A program made the position numbers and the translations under genes. A stretch of 63,852 nucleotides of DNA, filler included, from Folioceros fuciformis (lineage: Eukaryota): the NCBI GenBank assembly GCA_049999805.1. It is 11 parts of 11 records of this genome, joined end to end, with 100 filler letters (N's around TTAATTAATTAA, not from the genome) between each part and the next. Parts side by side here need not be neighbours in the genome. Positions count along the whole stretch, not along the records: positions 32,207 to 36,923 come from JBNGIO010002040.1; positions 37,024 to 39,886 come from JBNGIO010002042.1; positions 39,987 to 45,282 come from JBNGIO010002043.1; positions 45,383 to 54,168 come from JBNGIO010002044.1; 7 more parts are not named here. One strand, written 5' to 3'. Under the pieces are notes generated by a model. It was not told the origin of the DNA, searched no databases, and saw only the letters and a list, made by a program, of their open reading frames with translations. Of the stretch, positions 36,591 to 49,935 are shown in pieces. Positions within the stretch are counted from its first letter, which is position 1; each line of letters starts with the position of its first letter.

Positions 36591-37679
36591 TTTCAAAATC
36601 GATGCAAATCAACCAAAAGGCTAGTTAAAAAGCGGTCGAAATGTAAAAAGTTACCCTCACAACGAAATGGCTGTCCACAATTTAGGCTTCCATCGCTCAC
36701 AACTGGAATATCTCCCGTCGTCCGATTGAAATTCCAACTTCCGCGGCTGGGATCAGTTCTATGCCCACACTCTTGCTCTCGGTGTCGGCGCTTCGGCAAC
36801 TGCGATTCGGTGCCCGCGACGCCCTTCGGTGCCTACGAGCGACGTCTGCGACGCCGTTCGGTGCCTGCGAGCAACGTCTGCAATGCCCACGACGTGTTGG
36901 CGCCTGCGTCCGGCGTCCAAGCCNNNNNNNNNNNNNNNNNNNNNNNNNNNNNNNNNNNNNNNNNNNNTTAATTAATTAANNNNNNNNNNNNNNNNNNNNN
37001 NNNNNNNNNNNNNNNNNNNNNNNGACTGCGAGCTGCTGGATATTAGTCACTGAGCGGAGCCAAATTGTTGCCCTTGCAGTCCAAAACGCATCCATGCGGA
37101 GTATCTGTAGGCAAGAGGCGGCGCTGGGCCAAGCTTAACAGCTGTGAAGTCGAGAATGAAAGAGTGGCCTCAGCCCTAATTGTCTTAAAGAGCAGCGCAG
37201 CAGTGGCCGAGTGCGGCGGCGGACAGTCCAATTGCAGTGCAGCACCCATAACCCTAAACTCGGAGGTAAGCAGATCAAGTTTCACAAGAATGGAGCAGCC
37301 GCCGGAGTAAAGACACAAGCCGGAGCGTAATTGCCATGTTCAAATTAGGGCTAAGCTCAAGTGGGGGTGTTGGATGAGGATTCGCTTACCCTTTAAATAA
37401 TAAATGTATTAAATAATAAGTGTATTAGGGTTAGGCGAGTAGATATGAATAGTTTCATTTATTTTTAGGGCACGTTGACGGTTGGTAGTTGGTAACTGCC
37501 GTGTCATGTGAAAGACACACGAACGTCGTTTCACCATCTAATTCTATTCTTAATTCTATCGCTTCCTCGCCTACATGTCTCTAGCGCGCGTGCGCCTACT
37601 ACAATCTACTTGCTGTTCATAAACGACAGCTGAGTGGGAGAGAAGTTTCCTTAGCGACTTGGACCAGACACAACTTCAA

Positions 37680-38900
37680 CCTACACAGCTTCTCTATGAT
37701 AATCAGTAAGCCCTTGAGTTAGTAGCTAACCCTAAATTCCATGCTCGGACCAAACATATAGAGATCCAGCATCATTATATTCGTGATGTGGTCAAGTGTG
37801 GAGTAATCAAAGTTGGTTATGTGAACAGCGAAGACAACACTGCTGATATCTTAACGAAGAGCCTATCAAAACAAAGACACTATGCCCACATGGAAGGACT
37901 TGGGCTAGCCGACTTCTCAGCCTACTTTGGACAGTGAGAGCTTATCTGGTTGTGCGGGAAAAGAGGTGGAGAGGTGGAGCAGATGGAAATTTGCGCTCTC
38001 ATCCCACCATGAAGACTCCCTTTATATAGCCAGGAACCCATCCTGTACTTCAAACCTACGCATCGGTCAGTTCATATACACACACAAGGCCAGAGCAAGT
38101 GGATGAAGCTTCTTGTTAGATTAAATCACCTCGCTGTTGGTCCAGTATTACTCTTTCCACTCGGCACACCCTCCTTCACTTTCTCCAGTAGCTTGATGGT
38201 CTTCTGTGGCTTCTGGATGAGGTTCTGTCTACCAACTTCCCCCTTATAGCTGTCCAGGAGATTGGGGCGTGATCCACCCTTCTTCACTTTCCCCACGATC
38301 ATCTTGAGGCTTAGCTCAACGTGGTAACGACCTAGGTGAACATAACGTTCCCATGCGTGTCTTGCATCCCACTCCCAGCCTCTGGCAACAGTTTCTCTCT
38401 TCTCTGCATTGCTGATGGGTGCTTCAACCGGAGATGCTGGTGGACTGTCCATAACCTTTGGTCTTGGCAATCCAGCCTCTCTTCTGCCCCTCTTCGACGC
38501 TCCTCGCCTGTGGCAGGTCTTCCCGATTCTCGTCTGCATGACTGCGAACCTAAGCAGGGTTAAGGAAGCAAAGAGAAGCAGCTGGATCACTACAATGGTG
38601 GAGGCAAGATGGGTTGTCATCTTTGCGCTGTCTGTCCTTATCCTCAGAGGCCGGCCCTGGAGCTTAACCACCTCTGTACGACTAGCCAACTCTTGAGCGT
38701 TATGCCACCAACTTTCTGGTGCGGGGATGCTTGTGGCGGCAAGGGTTTATTATTCATGGCCACGAGTTCTTTGCGCGGTGTTGTTAGAATGATGTCGTAT
38801 GTTGAGTTTAAGGGGGGGTGTTACGATAAACCAGTATCGTTTAGTTAAACCTAAACACAGAACCACACATATAGTGGTCATATAAATTAGGGTTACACAC
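37680..38900 (+). mobile_element. Copia RNase H end, antisense ORF (38126-38689, minus strand), PPT and 3' LTR from 38819
   Basis: NPKFHARTKHIEIQHHYIRD...NTADILTKSL; PPT AAGGGGGGG followed by TGTTAC. Confidence 0.75.
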
Positions 38901-39986
38901 AAAGAGTCACATAGACATAATACTTAAACATTTTTTGTATTATGTTTTTATTATCAATCAAGTCACAAAAGCTCAAGCAAGTTATCTTGCTTCTACTCAA
39001 GAATTTACTTGTTGGCCGAGCTAATTCATATACTTCATGTAACTGATAATGATTCAGCTATATCATGCAGATGTCCAATAGTCAAGTGTAGGCAAAGTTC
39101 TTGAAATCATCATTGAAGACCCTATACCAGATTTCTGTGAGAGAAGCCCAAGTTGGCGTTCCAAAATGTTGAAAAATAGCCATCCATGTGTATGCAATGA
39201 TTCTGAAGGTATGAATGAGAGCAGCTAATAGTCGAAGTGATGCCCGAAGCTTGATGAAATATTCCTTATTTTTTCTGTTGGCAATATAGACAATATAGAA
39301 GTGGATGGAAAAAGGAAGAGAAAACTTTATCCAAAAGCCGGTGATACTTCAAGTAAGCCATGTCCTTGCCTCCTAAAATTTTCCTTACCCCTGTTTATTT
39401 TTTTTTATTCATATATTAATATATTTTTGTTCCATAAATGACAGTTGATAAATGCATTGGAACTCCCTCGATTAACATATCAACTCCCACTAAGTCCATT
39501 AACTAGATAGGTTACAACATCCCTATAGGATCCATGCCAAGTTGTAACCCAACTAGTATAACTTACCTAATCTGTTCTGGCAAAGAGAATGATGCTCGTA
39601 TCCCTTGAACCTATAAATGCATTAGGATTGGGTTACACATGCTATGGATCAGGTGTGAACCTTGTAAGGAATATGAAGGCCACATGAGACACTCTTACTA
39701 TAAGTATCCTAGGCATTAAGTTTACCACTTAATTTGAATCTCTAGTTTCATATCTTATGGTGTGTGTATACTCAAGTTTTCTTTATGAAACCAAGTTCAA
39801 TATGGGTCTTACATCTAGAAAATTGTGAACCTCCAAAGTTTGGGGTAGTGGTTTGTTTTGGTTGAAAAAGGGTTAATAGTGGTATGNNNNNNNNNNNNNN
39901 NNNNNNNNNNNNNNNNNNNNNNNNNNNNNNTTAATTAATTAANNNNNNNNNNNNNNNNNNNNNNNNNNNNNNNNNNNNNNNNNNNN

Positions 39987-41271
39987 CAGGTGATTAGGAG
40001 TGCAGGGGCTGAAGGATTTAGCAACATCAGCCCAACTCCAGTTGTTGGAGCTGCTGGATCCGCAACTGTAGTGGTGAGTGCAGGCACCATGGCGGCCCCA
40101 GCTGTTGCAATGTCCACCAAGCAGTTGTACCCCTTGTATGGGGAGAAGAAGGGGTATGAGGACCCGGATGAATTTGTGGAGAGGTTTGAGCAGCTGACCC
40201 TTGCTAACCAAGAATCAGCGGATGCACAGCGCATCCAATTGTTCTATGGTGTACTGCGTGGAGGGCCTACCAAGTGGTACAGGAGAGAGTACCTCAAGGT
40301 TGGCACATTTCCAGCAACTTTTGATGTGTTGAAGAGGGCCTTTTGTGAGCGGTTCAGGGGGATAGACGTAGAGGGCTATGTGCTGTCCAAGCTGGAGACC
40401 TTGAGTAGGAGGAGGAAGGAGACCTTGCAGGCCTATGTGGAGAGGTTCCACAGCCTGCGGGATCGCTGTGGACCTCATTCAGACTTACAAGCCATTAGGT
40501 GGTTCGCTGGAGGCTTAGGATCGAGGATGGGGGGCCATGTGAAATTGTTCGCAAAAAAAGATGTGGACAGGGCTATAAGGGCAGCCCTCAATTATGAGGA
40601 GTCTCATCCGTGGGGCAAAGGGAGATCCAAGAAGGAGAAGGAGAGAGTGAGAGAGAAGGACAAGAAGAAGAACAGGCCTAGGAAGGGGAAAAAGAAGAGG
40701 GAGTCATCTTCCTCGGATGAAGATTCCTCCGAGGAGAGCGATTCTTCAGAAGAATCAGCAGCAGAGACCTCTTCATCTTCAGCAGGGGACAGCCTAGAGG
40801 AGGAGTCCTCGGAGGACGAGGCTGTCAAGAAAAGACTGAAGAAGAAGGAGCAAGAGGTGGCTAGGCGGAAGAAGGAAGCAAGGAAGGCGAAGGATCTATA
40901 GAGCCAAGGCCAAGCAAGAGGTGGCTAGTGCCAAGAGGGAGGTGGAGCAGGTCAAGAAAGAGGCTGAGGCTGCAGCCAAGAAAGTGGAGCAGCAGGAGTC
41001 CACGATGGAGGAGATGATGAGCAAGTTTGAGAAGTTTCACCTCCATGCTGTCAAGGAACATGAGAGAAGGAGGGCTGCAACTAGTGGCAGGGCTAACTTG
41101 TTTTGCTTCATTTGTGGTGAGCAAGGCCACACCAAGACCCTTTGTCAAGGGGCCAAGGTGCATTTGCTGGCCTGTGAAGGGGAAGAAGAGGAGTGGTCGG
41201 TGGAGGACTCCTACCAAATTCAGGAGTTTTCCCAAGGGCAGCAATATTCCAAGACAGTCCAGGGTTGTTGA
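39987..41271 (+). mobile_element. Ty3/Gypsy-type gag (capsid, K/E/S-rich linker, CCHC knuckle), degenerate
   Basis: EDPDEFVERFE...FDVLKRAFCERF...ETLQAYVERF..L; knuckle CFICGEQGHTKTLC. Confidence 0.8.
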
Positions 41272-42660
41272 CGAGGCCCTAGAAGAAGACTTGGCTCGCA
41301 TCGAAGACCTCCTACAAATTTGGGACCCTCAGATAAAGTTTGCTTTGTGTAGAGGCTAACCTATCTCACCAAGACAATTGCTTCTTCTCTGGCTTTCTGA
41401 TCAATTTTGAATTTTTTTTATAACTGAGTTATGCAAGCTTTTTGGTGACATCATACTTATTAGGCCCTTACACCTTTCAATGTGTCCTTGGAGATTTGGC
41501 TAAGAAACGCATAGCTTTGCCAATTGCCTTTAGAGGGGTTGGTCTTTTAGGCATGGAGGCCTTAGTCCCAGCAACCTTCTTGGGCAATTGGGTGATCTCT
41601 ACTTCAATCATGATGTCTCAATTTTTAATTTAAGGCTCCCCATTCCTTGAGGCCTTCATCTTGGGAGTTGAGAGGAGGAAAGAGGGAGGGGAGGGCTTCC
41701 CCTTACAGGTTTCTCTTTAGTAAGCTAAGGACTTCTTATCTTTACATGCTGGAGGGGGTATGCCCCCTTTCTCCTCGTTTGCTATGGAGAGGTCATGTGG
41801 CCTTCATCCCTTTTTTCAAGTAAAGGAGGATGCGCAAGCACATAAGGCTTCCCTTATGGACTTGTCCATTGCCAGGTCCTCTCGTGCTGATATCACTCTT
41901 GCTTAGGGAAGGGAGCGAGAGCTTAGCTTCTTCCTGGACTATGCATTCAATCATTTTGAAGCACACTAGCATCTTTTGCCATTGCGATGAGAAATTGCTT
42001 GGGCAAGCCTTGACCCACCCTTTTGCTTTTTCTCTCTCCATATTCTATAGTGGGGTGACTATTGATAACTTTGGGTCATACCTAGCACATTATCTTATAG
42101 AGGGAAGCACACACCCACACACGGTGTCCTTTAAGAAGTCATGTTCTTAATGGCCAGAAAGAGTGGGTTTTTCTATTATAAGAAGCGATTGTACACATTA
42201 TGGGATTTATCTTGAGGTTAATTCTTGTTCACTAGGAGAGAGTAGGTTTATAGATGTGATTATCATGGACCCTACTAGGGCACTCTATTGCTAAACAAAT
42301 CATATTATCCCTTGGGTTGGGCAATGGAGGGATGTGCAACAAGTAGGTTCACAAGTATGCCCCTTTGTAGTAGAAAGATCACATTCTTATTTTCCTTGCT
42401 TTAGAGTCCCATGGAGGCATTGGCAAGGACTTCTCAAGACTTATCAAGAATTGCGCAAAGGCTTATCATAGTCAGAGGAATGGGTTGCTCCCTTTTTATT
42501 TGATAGTGGTCTTCTTTTGGCAACGTATTTCCATTGCTCTACAAAGAGCCCTAACAAACATAATTGACATGTCAGCTACTAATACAGGTTTAAGAACATC
42601 AACAGGTAGGCCCTTCACTATATTCACTATATCCAACCATAACATCTTAGTGGTTGTAGA
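41272..42660 (+). mobile_element. Highly decayed non-LTR retrotransposon (CRE-like, RLE type)
   Basis: IALPIAFRGVGLL...PATFLGNW and C-terminal FFWQRISIALQRA resemble the CRE-type LPxxxGGLG and QRLSVALQRGN motifs. Confidence 0.5.
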
Positions 42661-44384
42661 TGCTTACTGTGCTAGTATTTATTGAGGCTGCTCCCCCTCA
42701 TTCTTTAAGGCTCTTTCTTGGTCTCTTTCCATTCTTTTTTTGAAGCATATAGGATTTCCCATCTCTTTTAAATAAAATATACAAAGTACCTATTACATAT
42801 ATGAGTATTATTATTCAAAATACATTAAGGTACCTATTGCATATATATATATATATACATGAGTATCATTATCGTATTACATATATTATATATATCAGTA
42901 TCCTTATTCAAAAATTTCAACTATTATTTATGTTTGTCGTAGTAAAACTTCGTACTTATACCTTGTTCATTAGTTAACAGTATTCCACAAGCACACATCA
43001 ACCACATTTCTAATAAAAGAATGCACTTTCAAGAAGCACTTAAGAGAATGCCCTTGAAGAAAAAGCCTATTCCATAATACAAACTGTTATAGTCAACACC
43101 GCTGAGCTAGTTTTTATGTTTGTTACTTGAGACTTACTATATCTACATCCACACATCTACTATTACATTAACTGAATATTTATTAATTATAACTAATTTG
43201 TAATTAATTTAAATTAATAACTAAATAATTACTATTTACATGCACCTAAGCGATAGCACACACTTAACATGTCTTGCAAACTACCACATAATTATGAAGA
43301 AGTGTATTATCTTTAACACTCTATAAACTTTAACTACAATATAAATTAAAATTAAAATTTTTTTTATATCCAATTTTAAGTAATGATGATTAGGTGGGTG
43401 CTACATACACAAGTACTAACGTGAACTAGTTTATTATAATATTGATGATGAGCTCTTACATAATAATAATAATATAATAAATTCATACGAATGCAATCGT
43501 GCAATGAATTAAATGAATTCATTATACAACATAGAGTATAATGTAGATTTTTTTAGTTTTTTTAATCACAAAGCAGCTATAGTAAATCAAACCATTATAT
43601 TTACTACAACCATTATCATAAGCAACCTTATAATTAGAAAGTTTGTTTGATATATTTACTATGACCATTATCATAAGTAACCTTACAATTAGCCTTTGCA
43701 TACCACTACCACCTAAGACTGAGGATTTGATGATGTGAAATGAGAAGGGCCTACAAATATTATAAATATCACATATATAGTTCCCTTAAACTAAATGATT
43801 ATATCGATTAGTTAAAATAAAATCTAATCCATTACAATTACCATGGATTAAATACAATGTATTATGTGATTATTTTGTTAAAGAAAGTTACCAAGTAGGA
43901 TGAAATAGTATATCATGATAATTAACATTAATATAAAAATTAATCACAAGATCATTATGTAAAAGGATATTCTATTCGAAAAAATTACCTATCACATTAT
44001 TATCATAACATTTACCTTTTAGCTAGCCCTAAAGTGGTAGGAATAGTTCAACCACCACGTAAAATTGAAAGGTGGTAATTGGAAACCTTGCTCAACCACC
44101 ACATTAAGAGTTTGCAACTCAAAACTTGCTTAACCACAATATAAAATATGGGAGACTCTTACTTAGAACCTCTACTCAACCACCATACTAGAAGTGGAAG
44201 ATTGCAACCTAGAACCACTACTCCTTGAATACCATTAGAAGAAAATCCAATGGTTGAAAGTGCAATGATCCTAATTATGTCTTCCACTCCTTCATAAAAA
44301 ATCTTGACATCTTGTTGTTTCGTCGTCCTTGGATTAGAAATTTGATGCTATTCCTTCATGCACGGCAAGCCTAACCTCAATCAT

Positions 44385-45214
44385 TCATTGAGATGCACCA
44401 TTTTCAATAGCACCACCAGTGCTTCTATCATTTTCAACAACACCACTAGCAATACTTCCATCATGTTCAACAACACCACCACTGCTTGCAATGATACTAG
44501 TCTCCTTTGTTATGTCCTTGTCTATTACTGTGTTTGTAGCAATACTAATCTCATCTCTTACTGTGACCTGTCTTTCCATCAACTGCCTGTTGTTGTGGTT
44601 AGCTTGCACCTGTCTTTCCATCAAATACCTGTTACGTTAACTTGCATCTCTCTTTCCATCAACTACCTGTTGCCATTAGCTTGCACCTGTCTTTCCATCA
44701 ACTGCCTGATGCGGTTAGGGTGCACCTGTCTTCCTATCAAGTGCATGATGCGCATAGCTTGCACCTGTTCGTGACACTCCAAAATAATACAAGGACGTTG
44801 ATAAGTTTCACTTGCCACCACGAATCCTTGATGATTCTCGACACATGGTATTTTCCAATGAAACGAAGTTGTAAGCTCATGAGCATAGTCTGCCAACTCT
44901 AGATAATGGTCTCTAACATACTTGGTTAGTTGCTTCTGAGTAGAGAATGTTGGTGAATGTCCTCCAGATTTAAGAAATACCCTAGGTGCTATAAGGGGCA
45001 CAACAACAAAATAGCCTTCGTTCTTAGATTTAACTCTAGAACTCCGAACAATCCTTATCCATTTGTCATTGTTACCTGGAAAGGGCATGGGTGCATATGG
45101 AAACCCTTCCCAAGTTTCACCAGTCTCCAAAATAGGCAATTCTTCATTTCGAACATCAAACCTAGGGAAGGCCCTATCTTTTGGCTCGTGCAATTTTCGT
45201 GGAATTGGCGTCAT
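44385..45214 (-). pseudogene. DUF7081-like (MBD-like) domain followed by 14-aa repeats; frame disrupted in the repeats
   Basis: GETWEGFPYAP...KW...FSTQKQLTKYV...SFHWKIP, then ~42-bp tandem repeats (44560-44770) encoding RQLMERQVQAN. Confidence 0.5.
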
Positions 45215-45382
45215 GAGGGGAAAGGAAGTGTGAACTCACGCAGCCCTACAAGATTAAAACAGAATGGTATGTTAAGTTAGGCNNNNNNNNNNNNNNNNNN
45301 NNNNNNNNNNNNNNNNNNNNNNNNNNTTAATTAATTAANNNNNNNNNNNNNNNNNNNNNNNNNNNNNNNNNNNNNNNNNNNN

Positions 45383-45795
45383 TTGCTCCTTGCTCCCTCT
45401 TGCTTCTTGCTTCCTATTGCTCCTTGCTCCCTCTTGCTCTCTCCTTCCACCTTCGCTTAGGCCTCCTTGCTTCCTCTTGCTCTTGCTCCCCCTTGCTCCT
45501 TGCTCTCTCTTGCTCTCTCTCCTTCCACCTTTGCTTGGGCCTCCTTGCTTCCTCTTGCTTCTTGCTCCCTTGCTCCCTCTTGCTCTCTCCTTCCACCTTT
45601 GCTTAGGCCTGCTTGCTCCCTCCTCCTTCTCTTGCTTTGGGCCCATCTAAGTCCTTTGTGATTGGCCTTCTCTTGCTTTGGGCCCGTCCAAGTCCTTTGT
45701 GATTGGCCTTCTCTTGCTTTGGGCCTATCCAAGTCCTGCATTGTGATTGGCCTTCTCTTGCTTTGGGCCCATCCAAGTCTCGTATTGTGATTGGA
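45383..45795. repeat. CT-rich low-complexity tract plus four copies of a 41-44-bp tandem repeat (~45626-45794)
   Basis: Repeat unit GATTGGCCTTCTCTTGCTTTGGGCCCATCCAAGTCCTTTGT. Confidence 0.85.
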
Positions 45796-47030
45796 TAAAT
45801 TAGATATTAATATTATCCATGTTATTTTAAGTATAATATATATATAATATAAAAAAATTAAAAATAACATTTATAGAATTGAATTATAGTGATTGGGAGT
45901 ACCTATTTTCCTAAAACAAGTAATATATAATATTTATAGAAAAATAACATTTAGCCTTACTTCCCAACTAGGGAGTACTCAAATATCTAACATTTATAGA
46001 GATATAACATATAGGGAGGTCACATTTTCTAACATTTATAAAGGTATAACATTTAGGGAGATCAGGTGGATTGTACTAAGATATTAAGCGTAAGCCTATA
46101 CGCCGCCCTTTACGCTCCAACGCTCTCCCTTTCTCTTCCGTTGCTCCGCTTAGACTTCATTCCGACGCCTTACCTCTCCTCCGCCTTCCCCCTTCTGATT
46201 TTCCATCTGCTTCTTCTCCGTGGCAACAGCTCCATTCACCCCTCGCTCCGACACACTTTTGCGTCCAACAGCTTCCTCCTCAATACTTTTTCTCGGAGTC
46301 AACCTTCTAATCCCATGGCGCCTCTTCTTCAACAGCGGATTGAGCACGGTCACGCGAGGTCACTACGTCTCCACCGCGGGTTGAGCACGTCGCATCAAAT
46401 ATGCATATATGTCACATCATATATGTATGTTGCAGCCATGTATGGATATAGTCCACGAAGTAGGGCGTGTGATGTGGTGTCTACTTGGAGTGGCCAGCAG
46501 GCTGTGGTGTTTTGGAGGCCTGGTCAAGTGGCGGCAACTTGGCTGAAAGGGCTGCAAAAAATGAGGATCGTAAATAGCAGTAAATAAGATTTGCTCTCGA
46601 AAGGGAATCCGAGGTGGGGCCTCGGGGCACCCACCAGGAGAGGACAGATTATGTAGCTCCTCGTAGGACGACCTGCTGAGATGGAACATCTACGAGATGA
46701 CGACGAAGAGATTCCGTTGGCTGACGCCATCAGCGGCTGACGATAAATCATGGACGGGGAACTCAGGAAGGTGCCACGGACTCGCAGCCGGCTGTGATGG
46801 ACATAGAACTTAGTACATAGGTCAGAATTGACCTGCAGTCGGCGTGGTGTTCACTTCTCACCTTCCCAAGTTCTTAGTTCATACGGCTCCGCGGAGATAG
46901 GTGAGCTGCAGCCCCTGCCATGCTTGAGCGGCAGCTTGTTTGAGTAGAATGTGGGCCTGTATCCGAGGGATGAAGTGGGCTGCACACTAGTGGTTATTGC
47001 GCGGCTTTGTGTCGCGAGCCCTCCTTCGAC

Positions 47031-49251
47031 ATGGAAGTCGACACAGCAGGGAGCACTAATCAAGTCGGGATCTGGCTGGTGTTGTTGAGTGTCCTGCTGC
47101 TTCTCTTCTGCACCATTCTGTGGGTTGTGATTCAAAGGCGGCAGCAGGATGGATTGAAGCCATCAGGTCCCAAGTGTTGGCCCATTGTTGGCTCAATGTT
47201 TGAGGTGTCATACAACTTTGAGAGGATCTATGACTGGGTTACAGACTACATGGTCACTGGATCTAGCCTCACCTTCTCCGCCCGCGTGGGGGGCCAGACC
47301 TTCGTGTTTACGGCTGATCCGGCCGTCTGTGAACATATTCTTAAGACCAACTTCCCCAACTTCCCCAAGGTACGCATACACACCACCTGCCAGCAACAGC
47401 TGTGGAGTACTACTGAACATGTATGTTCGTTATGTTGTAGTGAATGAAAACATTTGAGATCACCTCATGTGAGCAGGGGGAAGCCTTCCACACGATGATG
47501 GAACCTTTGCTGGGAGATGGCATCTTCAATACGGATGGGGAGATGTGGAAGAAGCAACGGAAAACAGCCAGCTTTGAGTTTTCGTCCAAGGTCCTTCGTG
47601 ATTTCAGCTCAGTTGTGCACCGAAGCAATGCGCTCGCTCTTGCCTCTTTGGTCACCCGTGCTTGCTTCGACCAAAAACCTCTCGAGATGCAGGTGATCCA
47701 CATGCTCACCGATTCTCTGCACTGAAAGGGACTTTTGCTCTCTGGTTAAGCCATGGTTCGACCGTCAATTTTTTTCTCTATTGTGTACAGGACCTTTTCT
47801 TGAGGCTTACCCTGGATTCCATCTGCAAAGTTGCGTTTGGGGTGGATGTGGGAAGCCTCTCACCTCATTTGCCGGATGTGCCCTTCGCTCGAGCATTTGA
47901 ACAAGCGAGCAGAAATTGCAGCGATCGATTCGTGGACCCACTGTGGAGATTGAAACGCAGATTACATCTCGGCGAGGAATCTACCCTGCCTAAGAGCTGC
48001 GCATATCTGGATGATTTTACGTATCGAGTCATCCGTATCAGAAGGAGCGAACTGGAAACCGTTGCACACTCAGACCTGGCGCAAGATGAGAAATCGGTGA
48101 GACTTCATCCCCCACCATTCGTCCATTGCTTTCATTTTTCTGCCTTCGAAGTTTGGATGTCTAGAAGGCGGTGGGTGGTTGTTCAGAGTAGGGCAGACCT
48201 TCTCTCCAGGTTGATGCTGGTAATTGAGGAGTTCAATGACGAGAAACTGAGCAAGGACGCTGCGGATAAGGCCCTCCGCGACTCAGTCTTGAACTTCATC
48301 CTTGCTGGACGTGACACTACGGCTTCCACCCTGTCCTGGTTTATGTACCGTTTGTGTTTTCATCCGGAGGTCGGTGACAAAATCTTCGAAGAGGCCTGTG
48401 CGTTTGAGAGAAAGCAACAACGAAGTGGTCAGGGTGAGGCATATATGAGACGAATGTTTGTTTCCTGTTTGTGGCCAAGCTTGCAGACTCACTTGCCCTT
48501 GCGTATTCGGTCACGAACAGGAGGTGAAAACTCCAGCCTGGAGTCCTTGGATGAGACTCAGTTCAACAAGCGAATCGAGGAGTTCGTCCAGCTTCTCGGA
48601 TACCACGGCGTTGTGTCCAGTTTCGAGTACTTGCATGCTGCTGTGACTGAAACTCTCCGGCTTCATCCCTCTGTTCCGTTGGTAAACTGATGCCTTCGAA
48701 GGGTAACGATTGATCGTAGAGTAGACCAGCTGTTGATCCTCCTTGCTCGTAACCGTCAATGCTGGCTCTCTGGTGCAGGACGTGAAGGGAATACTGGCAG
48801 ACGATGTGCTTCCCAATGGAATGAGAGTGCGCGGTGGAGACATGATCTGCTACGTGCCCTACTCTATGGGGCGGTTGACGAGTCTCTGGGGTCCCGATGC
48901 TTTGGAGTTCACGCCCGAAAGATGGCTCAAAGATGGTGTATTTCAGCCAGCATCGCCTTTCAAGTTTACTGCTTTTCAGGTGTTGGCCGCATCACATGCT
49001 CACCTTCTGTCCTGTACTTCACAAGGTCTAGGTCTGACCGTCTGTTGGGCCCCAATGCATTTTGTTAGGCGGGACCCCGTAACTGTTTGGGCAAGGATGC
49101 AGCCTACTTGCAAATCAAAATAGTTATGGCTGTGCTTTGCCGCTTCTTCAAGTTCCAGCTTGTTCCTGGCCAGAAGATACGTTATCACAAGTCTATCGTA
49201 CTCAGCATGGCGGGTGGCATCAGAGTGGCTGCAACACTACGTTCTTGCTAG
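47031..49251 (+). CDS. CYP704: Cytochrome P450, CYP704B-like (CYP86 clan fatty-acid omega-hydroxylase); exons 47031-47369, 47477-47692, 47791-48096, 48187-48433, 48521-48681, 48779-48979, 49069-49251
   Basis: N-terminal TM anchor, WKKQRKTASFEF, AGRDTT (I-helix), ETLR, PERW and heme motif FQAGPRNCLG. Six GT-AG introns keep the frame. Confidence 0.92.
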
Positions 49252-49777
49252 CGGCATGCATGTACACGACTACATGGCAAGGGTTTACAGTCTGTCACGT
49301 GCAACAGGATGCTTCGGTTCTGTTGACTGTGAACAAGTTCAAGCGAAGTCTGGCATCCGACAGACTCGCATCTTTTCGAGGAGTCACAGCACGGGGTATG
49401 GTTTATCTGCAAACAGGCAGCTAACCCTTTGAGACCTTGATTCCGTTATCCTATCTAGCGTGTCCAAGACAGCGCCCATGCCCGACAGTTTCATGGAAAA
49501 ACATTGTCCAGGGCGGCTAGCACATCATGGTCTTGAAGGTCTTTGGCAGTTGGAATCAGGCGAGTTCCGATGTGCAGTGAGGAAGAAGTGCTGCTTTCTT
49601 GTTTGACAAGGGGTAAGTTCAGAGGAAAGAGGACTCGATTAGAGTCCACTAAGGATGAAAATCGTCAATGAGCTTAGTGTTATGGCTATCTAGCTACTTG
49701 CTCCAAGGACATTCGTTCCTACACGCATCCGCATCACGAACAGGACCTTTAATAATCCTTCGGGAGTTCTTATCAAT

Positions 49778-49935
49778 ATATCCATTTGGCCTAAGGACTT
49801 GTACAGGATATGTCTCGATCTGGTTGTATCGATGTATCCATTTGGCCTAAGGACTTGTACAGGATATGTCTCGATCTGTTTGTATCGATGTATCCGTTTG
49901 GCCTACGAACTTGGATAGGAGATACCTCGATTTGC
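49778..49935. repeat. 56-bp tandem repeat, ~2.7 copies
   Basis: TATCCATTTGGCCTAAGGACTTGTACAGGATATGTCTCGATCTGGTTGTATCGATG repeated. Confidence 0.85.

Noticed and set aside
45626-45794. CRISPR-like array
   Set aside because: Units are head-to-tail with no unique spacers, there are no cas genes, and the context is eukaryotic. The same applies to the repeats at 49778 and 55669.
47662-48690. 342-aa ORF as a standalone gene
   Set aside because: It reads through in-frame introns of the CYP704 gene.
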